DNA of 64,000 nucleotides. Source: Carpediemonas membranifera BICM (Eukaryota; Protista; Fornicata). The position numbers were made by a program, and so were the translations under genes. Location of the stretch: contig JAHDYR010000015.1 of the NCBI GenBank assembly GCA_019828565.1, forward strand, positions 237,926-301,925. Reading direction: 5' to 3'. The notes beneath the pieces were generated by a model. That model worked only from the letters and a program-made list of their open reading frames with translations. It had not been told where the DNA came from and ran no database searches. This document shows positions 9,060 to 19,891 of the stretch, in pieces; positions within the stretch are counted from its first letter, which is position 1; each line of letters opens with the position of its first letter.

Positions 9060-12000
9060 TTGACACATGAGTATCTCCAGAGTATCTCCCGGGAGACTCT
9101 AGCCATTCTTACAGTATGCCAGCTGTTAGTCAATCCAGATGTACCTGAGGATGTGCTCAAAGAGACGTACTGCAGATGCTTCCGCGTGCAAGGATCCAAC
9201 ACGATCATGTACAAGGTCAAGGAGCTCGCAGAAGGCCTCGACATCCCCTCGATCATGCCGAAAGTCATGGCAATGTCACGCGACCTACAGGAGTCGCAAG
9301 AGATGGTGAACTCCTTCTCCCCCGCTGCTGCCCGTCCCAGAGCTCCACATGTTCACGAGCGCGAGCCACGCAGTGACCACCAAGATCCCTCGGAGCGCCA
9401 CGACCGCCAAGGTTCGAAGCCCATAGTGAAGCCCAACCGTCAGAACAAGCCCAAGAAGCAGTACGTGTGCTACAACTGCGGTAAGCCCGGGCATCCGTCT
9501 TTCAAGTGCGCTGAGCCGAAGGCATTCTGCCCTAAGTGCCACAAGTCAGGACACCTGGCCGATTACTGCCCTACCAAGAAGGGAGTAAATCAGCGTCGGT
9601 GTGTTCATTCTGTTTCGGATTCAAAATTCGTCGCGGCCCTGAATGCCCCGAAGGAGATTTCCCCGGGTGACCTCCCTGTAGTGAACGCTCGTCTCGGCAA
9701 GCGCAAAGCCAATTCTTTACTCGACTCTGGTGCCAACTGTTCCACCATAAGCCCCAGACTAGTCGACGAGAAACGCTGCAAATGGATCTCGAGAGAACCC
9801 ACGCAAATCCACACCGTCGGAGATACCCGTCAAGCAGAAGGCGAGGTAGAAGTAACCCTCAAGCTGGATCCATCTCCGTTCACTCCTCATGGTTGTACAC
9901 TCACTCTCCGCGCCTACGTGATAGACACTGCGTTCGACATCATCATCGGATTTCCTCAGATGGTAAGTCTCGGACTCTTGCCAAGCGCCATTCCCAGCTC
10001 CTCCGACCCGACTGAGGACTCTAGTGAGACCCCACCGGCCACGAAATACATCGCACAAGCCATGTCCGAGCTATCCCAAGAGGCACGCGACCGACAGTCG
10101 TCTATACTTCGACGATACGCCTCCAACTTCAAAGAGCGTGATGCGCCTAGCCTACTAGACCCCTACGACCTGGTGATCAAGGGAAACAAGGTCGTGAACG
10201 TCCGTCCATACTTCGTGCCTCCTCCTAAGGTCCCCATCGTTAAGGAGCACGTTGACACCTTGCTTGCAAAAGGCTTCATAGAGGCCTGTCAGTCTGATTA
10301 TTCTAGCCCGACGATCGTTGTCCCCAAGAAGGGTGAGAAGACGCGGTTCGTGGTCGATTTCCGGGAAATTAACTCCTTGACCGAGCCGTTTGACTATCCG
10401 ATTCCTCGCATTGACGAGATCTTGGCACAATTGAGTCGCAAGAGGATCTTCGCCACTCTTGACCTTGCCGCAGGTTACCACCAAATCGCGCTAACCGAGC
10501 GTTGTCGCCACCTAACGGCCTTCCGAACTGTCTTCGGACAGTATCAGTACACTCGCATGCCGTTTGGCCTGCGGAACGCTGGGGCTTATTTCCAGCGCGC
10601 GATGGAGACTGCGTTCGAGGGTCTGGTCGGATCTTCCTGCATTATCTATATTGATGACATTATTGTAATGGGAGACTCTGAGGCAGAGTATCTGGATAAC
10701 CTAGAGCGAGTGATGGCCCGAGTCGAAAAGATGAGACTCCACCTGGGTCGGGATAAGTGCCAGTTCGGCTGTGCCGAAGTTGAATTCTTGGGGTGGATCA
10801 TCCACAATGGTACGGTTCGCATTTCACCTCAGCGTGTTGAAGATATAGCACAGTTGAAAGTCCCGAAGTCCACAAGAGGGTTCCAGGCCCTTCATGGGTT
10901 CCTGAACTACTTCCGCGATCATATCCCTTTCTTCGCCGAGCGAGTCAAGCCTATAACGGATGCAATGTCCGGTAAGACGAGTTCTACAAGCGCTGACGTC
11001 TCCAAAGCACTAGAAGACGCGAAAGCCGCCCTCTGCTCCGCGGATGCACTCGCGATCTTCGACGCCACGCGTCCACACGTTGTTATGACTGACGCTTCCG
11101 CCGTGGGATACGGAGCGGTTCTCCTCCAAGACGGCAAGCCCGTCTGCTATCTATCGAAGGCATTTAATGATGTACAGTCGCGGTGGAGTGTTGGTGAAAA
11201 AGAGGCGTACGCCATTGTGTCCGCGCTCCAGGCCTGGCGCAAGTTCTTGTGCTGGGAGCGCTTCGAGATCAAGACCGACCACCGTAACTTGCTCTATATG
11301 TATAAGTCGGTCAACGCTAAGGTCAGGCGCTGGGCCGATTCTATCGCCGATCTCGATTTCACTATCTCCCACGTTCCCGGCCTCGATAACGGTGCCGCTG
11401 ACGGTTTGTCTAGGGTGTTTGCCATGGCCAAGAAGACAGCAACGACCGAACAGATTCACCAAGCTCACTTGTTCGCTGACGTCCACCTGTCGAGACGTCT
11501 TACGATCGAGCGCCTCCGTGGCCAAGGACTGTCAGTCTCACGCGATGCAGTTGATAGGGTCGTATCCGACTGTCCGATCTGCCAAGTCCTCGATCGGCCG
11601 CCGGTCGACCAACCCGACGGTCTCCACACAGCTGTTGACACCCCACTACAACGCGTGGCAATCGACACGATGGGTCCTTTGCCGTCCTGTGATGGGTACT
11701 CGTATATTACCGTCATGGTAGATATGTGCTCTCGCTGGACTGAATTAGTCCCTGCCAAGAGCAACTCCGGAAAAGAAGCAGCCGAGGCCTTTATCAATAC
11801 CTGGGTCCTAAGATATGGAGCGCCGCAAGTACTCCAGTCAGACGGCGGATCTGAGTTTCACAATGGCCTATTCCGACGACTATCGCAAGAGGTGGGGTTC
11901 CAGCAGCATATCACCACCGCGTACCATCCTCAGGCCAATGGGATGGTGGAAAGAGCGAACCAACAAGTCGAGAGGATCCTTAAGGCCCGTAAGTTCCAGT

Positions 12001-12722
12001 TAAGAAACCCCAACTGGCTCACACACCTGCCAGTCGCAAGATTCATTGCCAATTCGACGCCGAGAATCCCTACGAGGCTGTCCCCGGCCGAGATCATGCT
12101 GGGAGCCAACATCACTATCCCATCGACGCTTTATACCACGGACGCTTCCTCCGCAGGCATCACCCAGTCCCACCGTAAGGCCGCCGAGGCTGCGGTACAG
12201 CTGGCTAAGGCCAGGATCTCAACTATGCGTGAAGAGGCGCTCGCCAGAGCGTCCTCTACCCGCTCAGAGATCCTCAGTCGCTACGTGCTCGTCAAGTACG
12301 CCAAAAGACCCCCAGATAAGCTGTCGCCGGGGTGGCGTGGCCCAATGCGAAGAGTCGAGTCAGTCAAGCGCGACGGTGTCACCGTGGGCTACATTGTACA
12401 GGACCTGTCGCAGCCGAGAGACGGCCCGACGATCAAGGTCGACGCTGCCAGAGTCCGACGGTTCAACCCTGGCACCTTGTCCGACACTCAGATCAAGGAG
12501 CTTGCCGCAGCCGCTACCGAGGAGTGGTACGTCGATCGGATCAGCCGCTCAGAGGGTCCCGACGGTAGCAAGAGATGTCCGATGTCCAGACGCCGCTATC
12601 TGGTGCACTGGACAGGCTTCGAGGACTCTGAAGCCACCCTGCAGGATTACAGCTTCGTCAAAGACTTGGCCGCGCTCACTGAGTACCTAGAGTCAGAGCA
12701 AGCCAAGATCGACGGTCTGTAA
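9060..12722 (+). CDS. Gag-Pol: 2x CCHC, protease, RT, RNase H, integrase, chromodomain
   Basis: CYNCGKPGHPSFKC, LLDSGA, YIDD, TDAS, IDTMG..SDGG..GMVERAN, YLVHWTGF; 1220 aa uninterrupted. Confidence 0.95.
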   Translation: MTHEYLQSISRETLAILTVCQLLVNPDVPEDVLKETYCRCFRVQGSNTIMYKVKELAEGLDIPSIMPKVMAMSRDLQESQEMVNSFSPAAARPRAPHVHEREPRSDHQDPSERHDRQGSKPIVKPNRQNKPKKQYVCYNCGKPGHPSFKCAEPKAFCPKCHKSGHLADYCPTKKGVNQRRCVHSVSDSKFVAALNAPKEISPGDLPVVNARLGKRKANSLLDSGANCSTISPRLVDEKRCKWISREPTQIHTVGDTRQAEGEVEVTLKLDPSPFTPHGCTLTLRAYVIDTAFDIIIGFPQMVSLGLLPSAIPSSSDPTEDSSETPPATKYIAQAMSELSQEARDRQSSILRRYASNFKERDAPSLLDPYDLVIKGNKVVNVRPYFVPPPKVPIVKEHVDTLLAKGFIEACQSDYSSPTIVVPKKGEKTRFVVDFREINSLTEPFDYPIPRIDEILAQLSRKRIFATLDLAAGYHQIALTERCRHLTAFRTVFGQYQYTRMPFGLRNAGAYFQRAMETAFEGLVGSSCIIYIDDIIVMGDSEAEYLDNLERVMARVEKMRLHLGRDKCQFGCAEVEFLGWIIHNGTVRISPQRVEDIAQLKVPKSTRGFQALHGFLNYFRDHIPFFAERVKPITDAMSGKTSSTSADVSKALEDAKAALCSADALAIFDATRPHVVMTDASAVGYGAVLLQDGKPVCYLSKAFNDVQSRWSVGEKEAYAIVSALQAWRKFLCWERFEIKTDHRNLLYMYKSVNAKVRRWADSIADLDFTISHVPGLDNGAADGLSRVFAMAKKTATTEQIHQAHLFADVHLSRRLTIERLRGQGLSVSRDAVDRVVSDCPICQVLDRPPVDQPDGLHTAVDTPLQRVAIDTMGPLPSCDGYSYITVMVDMCSRWTELVPAKSNSGKEAAEAFINTWVLRYGAPQVLQSDGGSEFHNGLFRRLSQEVGFQQHITTAYHPQANGMVERANQQVERILKARKFQLRNPNWLTHLPVARFIANSTPRIPTRLSPAEIMLGANITIPSTLYTTDASSAGITQSHRKAAEAAVQLAKARISTMREEALARASSTRSEILSRYVLVKYAKRPPDKLSPGWRGPMRRVESVKRDGVTVGYIVQDLSQPRDGPTIKVDAARVRRFNPGTLSDTQIKELAAAATEEWYVDRISRSEGPDGSKRCPMSRRRYLVHWTGFEDSEATLQDYSFVKDLAALTEYLESEQAKIDGL

Positions 12723-13888
12723 ATCATGCTCTGCTTGATTTGCGCATTTTCGTTAGCCACAACCTCTAGAAAACAGCATATGATGTTGTTAATTGATGCT
12801 TTGCATACTGAATGGCGAGAGGAGCGCATACTGGAGACCAACGTCATCGCTTCCAGCGAGATAGTACACTGTCTTCCGTCGTAAGACAACAAGCAGTCTT
12901 CTTAATGTTAACGCACAAGGTTCTACAGCCTTTTACACCGTGAAGAGAACTATACGCATCGTTTGTCGACGTCAAATGGATTGACGGCGACCCAAAAATG
13001 CGTCGACGGTGTGGCGGAGTAAGCAACCACGATGACCAGAATTGAACCTCCATCGCGAGGTCACTGGCCGAGATGACACCCTTTGGCGCACGTAGCTGGC
13101 GTCTATTAGGCCGAAAAGACGACCGGTGCGTGCACACCCATGTTTCGGGCAAGTCAGTACTACTGAAGGAATCGTTACCGTGTAACGCCTCAATCCATCA
13201 CATTTGATGTCCTAATGGCGCGATTGATGTTGTTATTTGCATTAAGAGCTTACTCGTGGCGATCGTGTAGTTCTAGGGAGCTCCGAAAGAAGAAAGCACG
13301 AGAACTCGCCAACAAAGCCCTACTGAGGCTATTGGAGGTCTTTTTGGACTCTATGTAAGAATAGGCGCAATCAGCGCGAGGACTTGTCCATTCCTGAGAT
13401 CCGAACTCGTTATGTGCCCAAAAAGTGCACATTGAAATGTTTGCGTTCTTTACGGCCGAGGTATGGCCGTGGAGGGGCAGGGAGACCTGCAGTCCCCATT
13501 CCCATAACATAGCATGCTCACACAGCGGTACCGCGACAATTTCGAATATTTTCGAATCTTCAGATTCGTTTTGATATCCTTACCGATTATGGCCTTCTGG
13601 GTCCTGCCAAGTCCTAGGAGTGGTCCAGCCGTTGGGGTGGCACCCAACAGGGCTGTATACAATCGACCAACATCGGGAAATCCTCACCACTCGCCTGTGG
13701 CGCAGTGGCCGTGAAGGTGACACCTTGAGGTCATGTCAGCCTATAGGCTGGCATGGAGGGGCAGTGTCAGGGTCCTACCCATTGTTTACATAGTTGATAT
13801 ATTTATTATTGCCATATTTACCACAGCAGGGTCAAACCCTCTCTTCTTTGCTTTTACTAAAAGTTCTTCTAAGTCTTGACAGACCACA
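9120..13888 (+). mobile_element. Gypsy chromovirus D, 5'-truncated (3' LTR only)
   Basis: gag-pol is homologous to element B from about 9120. PPT TGGAGGGGCAG at 13754-13764; LTR TGTCAGGGTCCTACCC..CCACA at 13765-13888 resembles the LTR of B. Confidence 0.9.
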
Positions 13889-14496
13889 GGACAGGACGCG
13901 CGTTGACTCTAAAGGACTGCATGTTTCGGCATCAGAAGAAGGCGTGGAATACAACGGAGTCATCGCCGAACCGCTCCGACCAAGTGGGTTATTAGGACAT
14001 CGCGTTCAGACGGCCTCTGCAATTACCAAGTCAATAGATGGGAGTCGACCTGATGAGCACGTCATTTGGGGCCCCAGGTGACCCTATAGCTGAGCTTGGC
14101 TGGGTGCTGCTGCGGCCATGGGCCGCTAGCGCGCTGATTGGCTCGTTTCTCCTCGTATAGCGGCCGTAGAGGTCTGATCTGAGCCATATTATATTAGTCT
14201 GCCCGAGTAGAGTCCATCCATACCGTAAATGTCCCCCAATCTCCCCCTCCCAGTCGCTCATACCTCCAAAATGGCCTATATTCCCCGTAGGAAGCTTAAT
14301 AAGGGCGGATTTCCCATAAGTCATGGCATAGAGGGAAGAGACTTTGTACACAGCCTCCTGATCGTCGGTTCAATTTTCACCGGGAGCAATAAGCTATTTT
14401 TGGCAGACAATGCCGCTCCGAGCTCTATTGCGCCCAGCGGTGCCTGCAGCGGCCAGAACAGAGCTAGAATTCGGGTGATTTTTAATCTCGATCGAA

Positions 14497-15158
14497 ATGC
14501 TGCTGAAGCACGCTCTAGAGGGACTGAAGCGCTCTACGAAGGAACAATACAAGCAGACATATCAAAAACTGTGCGTTTACCTTGAGTGCGACGATGAGGA
14601 TGCTGATGTTGTTATTTGCACAGAGATCCGACAAAATAGTGACGTATTCGAACAGTTTCTGGACTCTCTGTCCTTCTGTTGCCGTTTTGGACGGTACAAG
14701 TCCATCTCGATGCCTCAACAGGCTCTCGTTCGCCTTCTTCGCACTGCTGGTGCCGAAACCGACCTAATTTGCAGGATAAGGACTCACACGCTTCCGGCAC
14801 GCCAGGTGCTGACTAACGAGGAGTACGACAAGCTCACGAGAGCTCTGAAGTACGACATTGCCGAGTCACACCGCCAGCTCGCCCTGGTCGTTGCCGGCTG
14901 GGATCGTATGCCGTAGACCTACGTGACTTGGACCTACCGAAGGAAGTCAACGGCCATGGCGCACTGTCTTGTCGAAAGCAGACTGTAGCTTTGACTCAGA
15001 CTGGCTGGATGTTCCCATTCACGAGCAGGGACACACTCTTGATGTTTGCATATGTAAGAGATAGTAAAGATCGGATTTAGTCTCGCGGTATCTCACGTGG
15101 CCCAGAGCAGCGTGCTCCTGGAATCAACAGGGCATAAAACACCCTGCGTATTCCGGTA
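14497..15158 (+). pseudogene. Degenerate tyrosine-recombinase-like gene (copy 1)
   Basis: LKRSTKEQYKQTYQKLCVYL (core-binding helix) and RQVLTNEEYDKL; after frameshifts LGSYAVDLRDL (box I-like) and LLESTGHKTPCVFR* (box II-like). Confidence 0.5.
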
Positions 15159-15164
15159 GCACAC
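15110..15164 (-). ncRNA. Conserved hairpin motif, copy 1
   Basis: Minus strand GTGTGCTACCGGAATACG-cagggtgttttatgccctg-TTGATTCCAGGAGCACGC. Confidence 0.7.
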
Positions 15165-15320
15165 CGTTCTGACTCATACGTCCGTCTCTGGTTGTCGTAT
15201 ACAGGTCTATTTACGAATTGGCGATGGCGCTCCCTTAAATCTGCTTGAACAGCGTGTCGTGGCTGTCAGTATGCTGCAAATGTCTCAGCGAGAAAGGAGT
15301 CACCAATCGCGTTCAGCTTT

Positions 15321-18300
15321 TGAAGAGAGAATTCGTTTACTTGGGGAAATCCGCATAGTTGGACCAAAGGTCAATCGTGGTCAAACCCACGTCACTACCC
15401 CCTTCGACGAGAAAAACCCACCTGCTAAAGGAAGGGAAAAGAGGGTACTTAGTACTTGTCGAGGGACTTACGAGCTTTGCGTGCCTTACGCTTGATGATT
15501 TCGAGGTGCTTTATGGCACCGAGAGGCTCGTCGGTCAATTCATCGTAGCCTAGCCACTTGACCCGGGCTGAACCCTTTTTCCAGTCGATAGATACTATAT
15601 CTTCGACTCTGTACTGCTCCTGATCCGACTCAGCTAGCTGCCTCATAAGGTCTTCGCTAACATCAGTCTCGAACTTCATCAGCTTGTCAATATGCGTAGC
15701 CTTGAGCCGGTTATCGCTTAGCGACATGAGCTTAGCTCTGTTGTTAGGGAGTACCTCTACCACCTTCCACGGACCTGTGTGGGGTGTGTCAAGTTTTTGA
15801 GGGGCTTCATTCTTCCAAAGAACGTAGTCCCCTGGCTCTAAGCCTGTGGTCTCGATCGGGCTCTGGTGAGGCCCTACTGCCTGTTTTGCCGCCTCTTCGA
15901 GGTTAGCCAGGGTGACCCGCTTGCAGTCTTGCAACATGCCTGGCCAATAGGCCATGGTCCTCAGGCGCTGGTACGTAGCGTTGGTTCCACTATGGAACTG
16001 GTGTGCGACCTTGAGGTACCGCGAGCGAATATCGCCTTCTGGTATAATGGGGACGGCGTCCTTCAAGTAAACGCCGTCCACCAGGGTTACTCCGTCGAGT
16101 TTCACCCAACCTTCCTTAGTAGACTCGGGCTGCTTGGCCTGGTCATCCCGAACCTCCTCTAAGGATGGTCCCAGGGTCGCTTCCCCCACGTCTAGCAGGT
16201 TCGCTTGTTCCTGGTTACCAGAAGGAATATCCCTCGACAGCATATCCGCCATCTTGTTTGACTCACCCGCAATATGCGTGATGGAGAAATTGTAGTCTGA
16301 TAGAATCATAACCCATCTGAGCAGCTTTTTTTGAAAGTTCTTTTCTCTTCAAGAGATAGACTAAGTTCTGGTGATCAGTATGAATCTCGATCTCGTCTTT
16401 AAGACGGAAAAGCTGTGCCATGTCGGGACGAGTCAGACAGTAGATGATGGCGTGGAGTTCTTGCTCATATGTGGGCCAACGCGACTGAGCCGGCGTGTGG
16501 ACACCTGCGAAGAAACTCACTAGTTGGCGATTTCCGCCGTCACTGTCCTCCTGGTACAGGATTCCCCCTAGACCCTCATTCGACGCGTCCGTCTCGAGGA
16601 TCCATCTCTTAGAGATGTCAGGGAAGCTTGGAACAGTGTCAGATGTAAGCTTAGCTTTGTAGGCTTCGAAAGCTTGGGTATGCTCGTCCGTCCAAAGGTC
16701 GGAGAGTGAGCCCTTGACCTTTAAGGCGGTGGTGAGTAGGTGGTTCAGGGGACGGAGTGTCCGAGCAGCGTCTTCGATGAACTGCGCAACGTAGTTGAAT
16801 GAACCTAGCACCCTCTGGAGTGACTTAGCCGTCTCAGGGACGGAAATATCCCAGATCGCCTGTACACGCGATGGAGCCAGCTGCTTCCCTCTCTCAGAGA
16901 CGATATAGCCTACGGCCTCCACGTGGTCCGTGCCGATTTTGCACTTGCCTGCTTTCAAGCGTAGCTTGTACTCGCGGCAGATGGAGAAGGCTTTCTCCAT
17001 CAGGGCGACGAACTCGTCCTCCGAGCGAGCATATACCATGATATCATCAAGGTATATGTCGACTCCTTTATGGAGGATTTCCGCAAAGGCCCGCTGCATA
17101 GCACGCTGGAACCTTGAGGGAGCGTTCGTCAGACCAAAAGGACACCTAGTGAACTCGAAGTACGAGTCCGGGGTAACGAACGCGGTCTTAGGAATATCCT
17201 TTTCACTCATGTTCATCTGATAGTACCCCTGCCTTAGGTCTAGGCCTGCAAAATATTTGCAGCCTGCCGCGCGATCCACGAAATGTCTAACATTTGGGAT
17301 CGGGAACTTGTCCTTGATCGTTAGGTCGTTCAGCTCTTTGTAAGTCTACAAATAAGTCTACGCAGAGTCTGATTTTCTGGGAGCCCTTGTGACCTTTCTT
17401 CACCACCACTATGGGGGAACTGTAAGGGCCTCGAGACTCACGGATAATCCCAGATCTCCAGAGTTCCTCGAGCTCGGTCGCTACAAGCGCCGCTGTCGCG
17501 TCGGCAAGGCCTCTAGCTCTCGCCTGGACAATGTCCCGCTCGTTTACGAGCTCTATAGTCATCTCCTCCAGGTTAGACCCTTCTGCGGGGAGAGACTCTT
17601 CCCAAATATCGGGGAAAGCGGCCACGAGCTCTTCGAGCTGGGGCTTTATCGCTGAGTCCGGAATATCCGGGTGGTTCTCTTCCACTTCAGCTGTGTTCAG
17701 ATCCTAGTCGAGGTATCTGTGAGTGAATGGAACCCACTCTGATTCGTCCTCTGAGCCTAGCTTCTCGAGGTTGAAGTTGAGTGTCTCATCGTCGATGAAC
17801 TTGAGCGACCTAAGAAGGTCACAGCCCAATAGGACCTTAAAGGCTTCACCTGGAAGCACATAGAACTTCCAGGTCGTCGTAATGGGCACTGGGCCGAGCC
17901 GTTCTAGACGGAAGGTGAGCGTAGCTACTTGGTTCGTCCGAACCTTGTGGTTATCCCCTAGGGTCACAGTGATCCACTCTCCAGTGTCAACTGATACAGC
18001 GTCCCTGGGTAGCTGGCGTACAGCCTTCTGGCTCATAAAGCATATACTTGCTCCAGTGTCGACAGTAAAAGAATACTCACGGCCATTTATAGTTGCCGTG
18101 GTTGTCATGGGACCGGCAGACGAAGTCTGGGCCGCGTTGGCCTGAGCCTGGCGCTCCTCAGCGGCGAACTTCGGGTGCTGAGGGCAGCGGTAGTCCTTGT
18201 GCCAGCCCTGACAAAACTTGCAGGGTCTGGTAAGAGGCTGAGGAGCCTGCTGGCCCGAAGGGCGCTGACCCTGAGGTCTGGAGAGGTTGGGGCCCTGAGG

Positions 18301-19111
18301 GCGCTGGCTGTTGGCAGGATGCGTAGGGCCTCGGCCCACACGCTTGACGTGGCCGGCTGGAGCCGGGACGTGGGCCTTCGGGCCCCTGGGGGGACCCTGG
18401 CGGTCAAGGAACTTAGCCGCCTTGACCGCAGACTTGACTGTATCGTCGAAGGAGTCGTCGCCCCATAGGAGCGAGATCCATCTCGTCTTAGTCTTCAGGG
18501 CCTTAGGCCGCTGGAGGGCGTCGATGAGCAGTCTGCTACAGAGCTGCTCAAAGCGGTGACGTCTGGAGGATACCTCCTCGTCCGTGGCGGCCTCGGGGAG
18601 GTCCTCGCCCGGAGGAAGGGAGTCGAAGAGACGCATCCGGTTTCGGAAGCTGGCGACCAGCACACGGGTTGCTCGCTCGATAGAACCCATGGCGGTGCCG
18701 TTGGGGACATTACGGGTACTGTCCCAGTCGAGAGAGAGATGCTAGGTTATCTAGCAGGTCGATGACGTTGTCAGGAGTTACGAGCTTGCGCATCAGAGTG
18801 GAGAGTTGATCAAGGGTAGCTCTCGTGAAATCGACGTCGGGGTATTGTGCTTGAAGTTCTGTGATGTCTTCGAGTGACAAGAAGTCCGTGGGAGCAACCT
18901 TGCTGTTCGTTGCAAGGAAAATCCTGCCCATACGCTCAAAGGCGTCGATACTCTCGATGGTTGCATCTTTCAGCTTGATAGTGGGGTAATTGCCTGTAAC
19001 GGTGTTGATTGAAGTACTCATGAACTAGTTCTAGAACTGAAGAGAGAATTCGTTTACTTGGGGAAATCCGCATAGTTGGACCAAAGGTCAATCGTGGTCA
19101 AACCCACGTCA
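15321..19111 (-). mobile_element. Gypsy chromovirus C: both ends present, 74-bp identical LTRs, TSD CTTT
   Basis: LTRs 15321-15394 and 19038-19111 (TG..CA). CTTT at 15317-15320 and 19112-19115. PPT GAAGGGGGTAG. Confidence 0.95.
15449..19021 (-). pseudogene. Disrupted gag-pol of element C; integrase core missing
   Basis: CKFCQGWHKDYRC, VDTGA, YLDD, TDAS, HQFH..YWPGM joined directly to the GPW/chromodomain region (VKWLGY); several stops and frameshifts. Confidence 0.9.
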
Positions 19112-19479
19112 CTTTCTTGTTTCTCGCCTGATAAGGCTCGTAATATCGTTCAAGCGTGAATCTATGAAGTAATGGGACTGAATGGCCTCTATTGCGTCAA
19201 TTTCTTGCGTAATCGTTGTTGAATGGCCTAGAATAGATGTTGCAGCTGCTTCCAGCTCCTGTTGCATACTAAATGCTGTGTTTTGGACAATTGGTCGTGT
19301 TCAGGCAGAATTTTTTGGTGCAAAGTGCAGGCTAATACGCGCCCTTAAACTGTGGGATCAGCCGCTGGGTGAATATACTGAGAAAAAACCATATAGCTGA
19401 GTTCACTGTCTCGTGGCAGTGGGCCCACGGTGTCGATGGCGACCGTGTGAAAAGGCGTTGTCATGGTCGTGTGGAGCGA

Positions 19480-19882
19480 CCGCTTCATGAAGTTGTTGAG
19501 GCGGGTGTGGGAGCCCTAAGCGTGAAGAGAATGGATGTGTTTACATAAACTGCACTTATAGGTACCTCTGCTGGTACAGTTGGGATTCGAAGCCAGCGAG
19601 GACACCTGGAGAGTGGCGACAGACGAAGATATGCGGTCCAACATCGTGTTATTGAAGTACATGGAGGATCACAGCCAGCTAGTCAAGTGTATGGAGGATT
19701 ATTCGTTCAGAGTCGGTCGGAGTCAAGAACGGGCGACGGGCGCTGAGGAGGAGGGGTAGTGTGATTTATATGTTACGTATGGTGTCGGTTTAGACCATAT
19801 TAGCCATAGGGTGAAACCTTGTAAAGCATTCCGAGCCACGGTTACGTATTTCACTAGAGCGGTGTGCACTTTATGCTTACCA
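19480..19882 (+). mobile_element. Remnant chromovirus E: chromodomain, PPT and 3' LTR
   Basis: YRYLCW..GFEASEDTW..LLKYMEDH; PPT GAGGAGGAGGGGTAG ending 19759; TG start at 19760 with CCATATT..AGGGTGAAACC as in LTRs A and D. Ends approximate. Confidence 0.65.
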
Positions 19883-19891
19883 CCGAAAAAG

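Noticed and set aside
13889-14490. Short ORFs between LTR D and the recombinase-like gene
   Set aside because: No convincing motif; a faint integrase-like PAKL..GP word is too weak to call.
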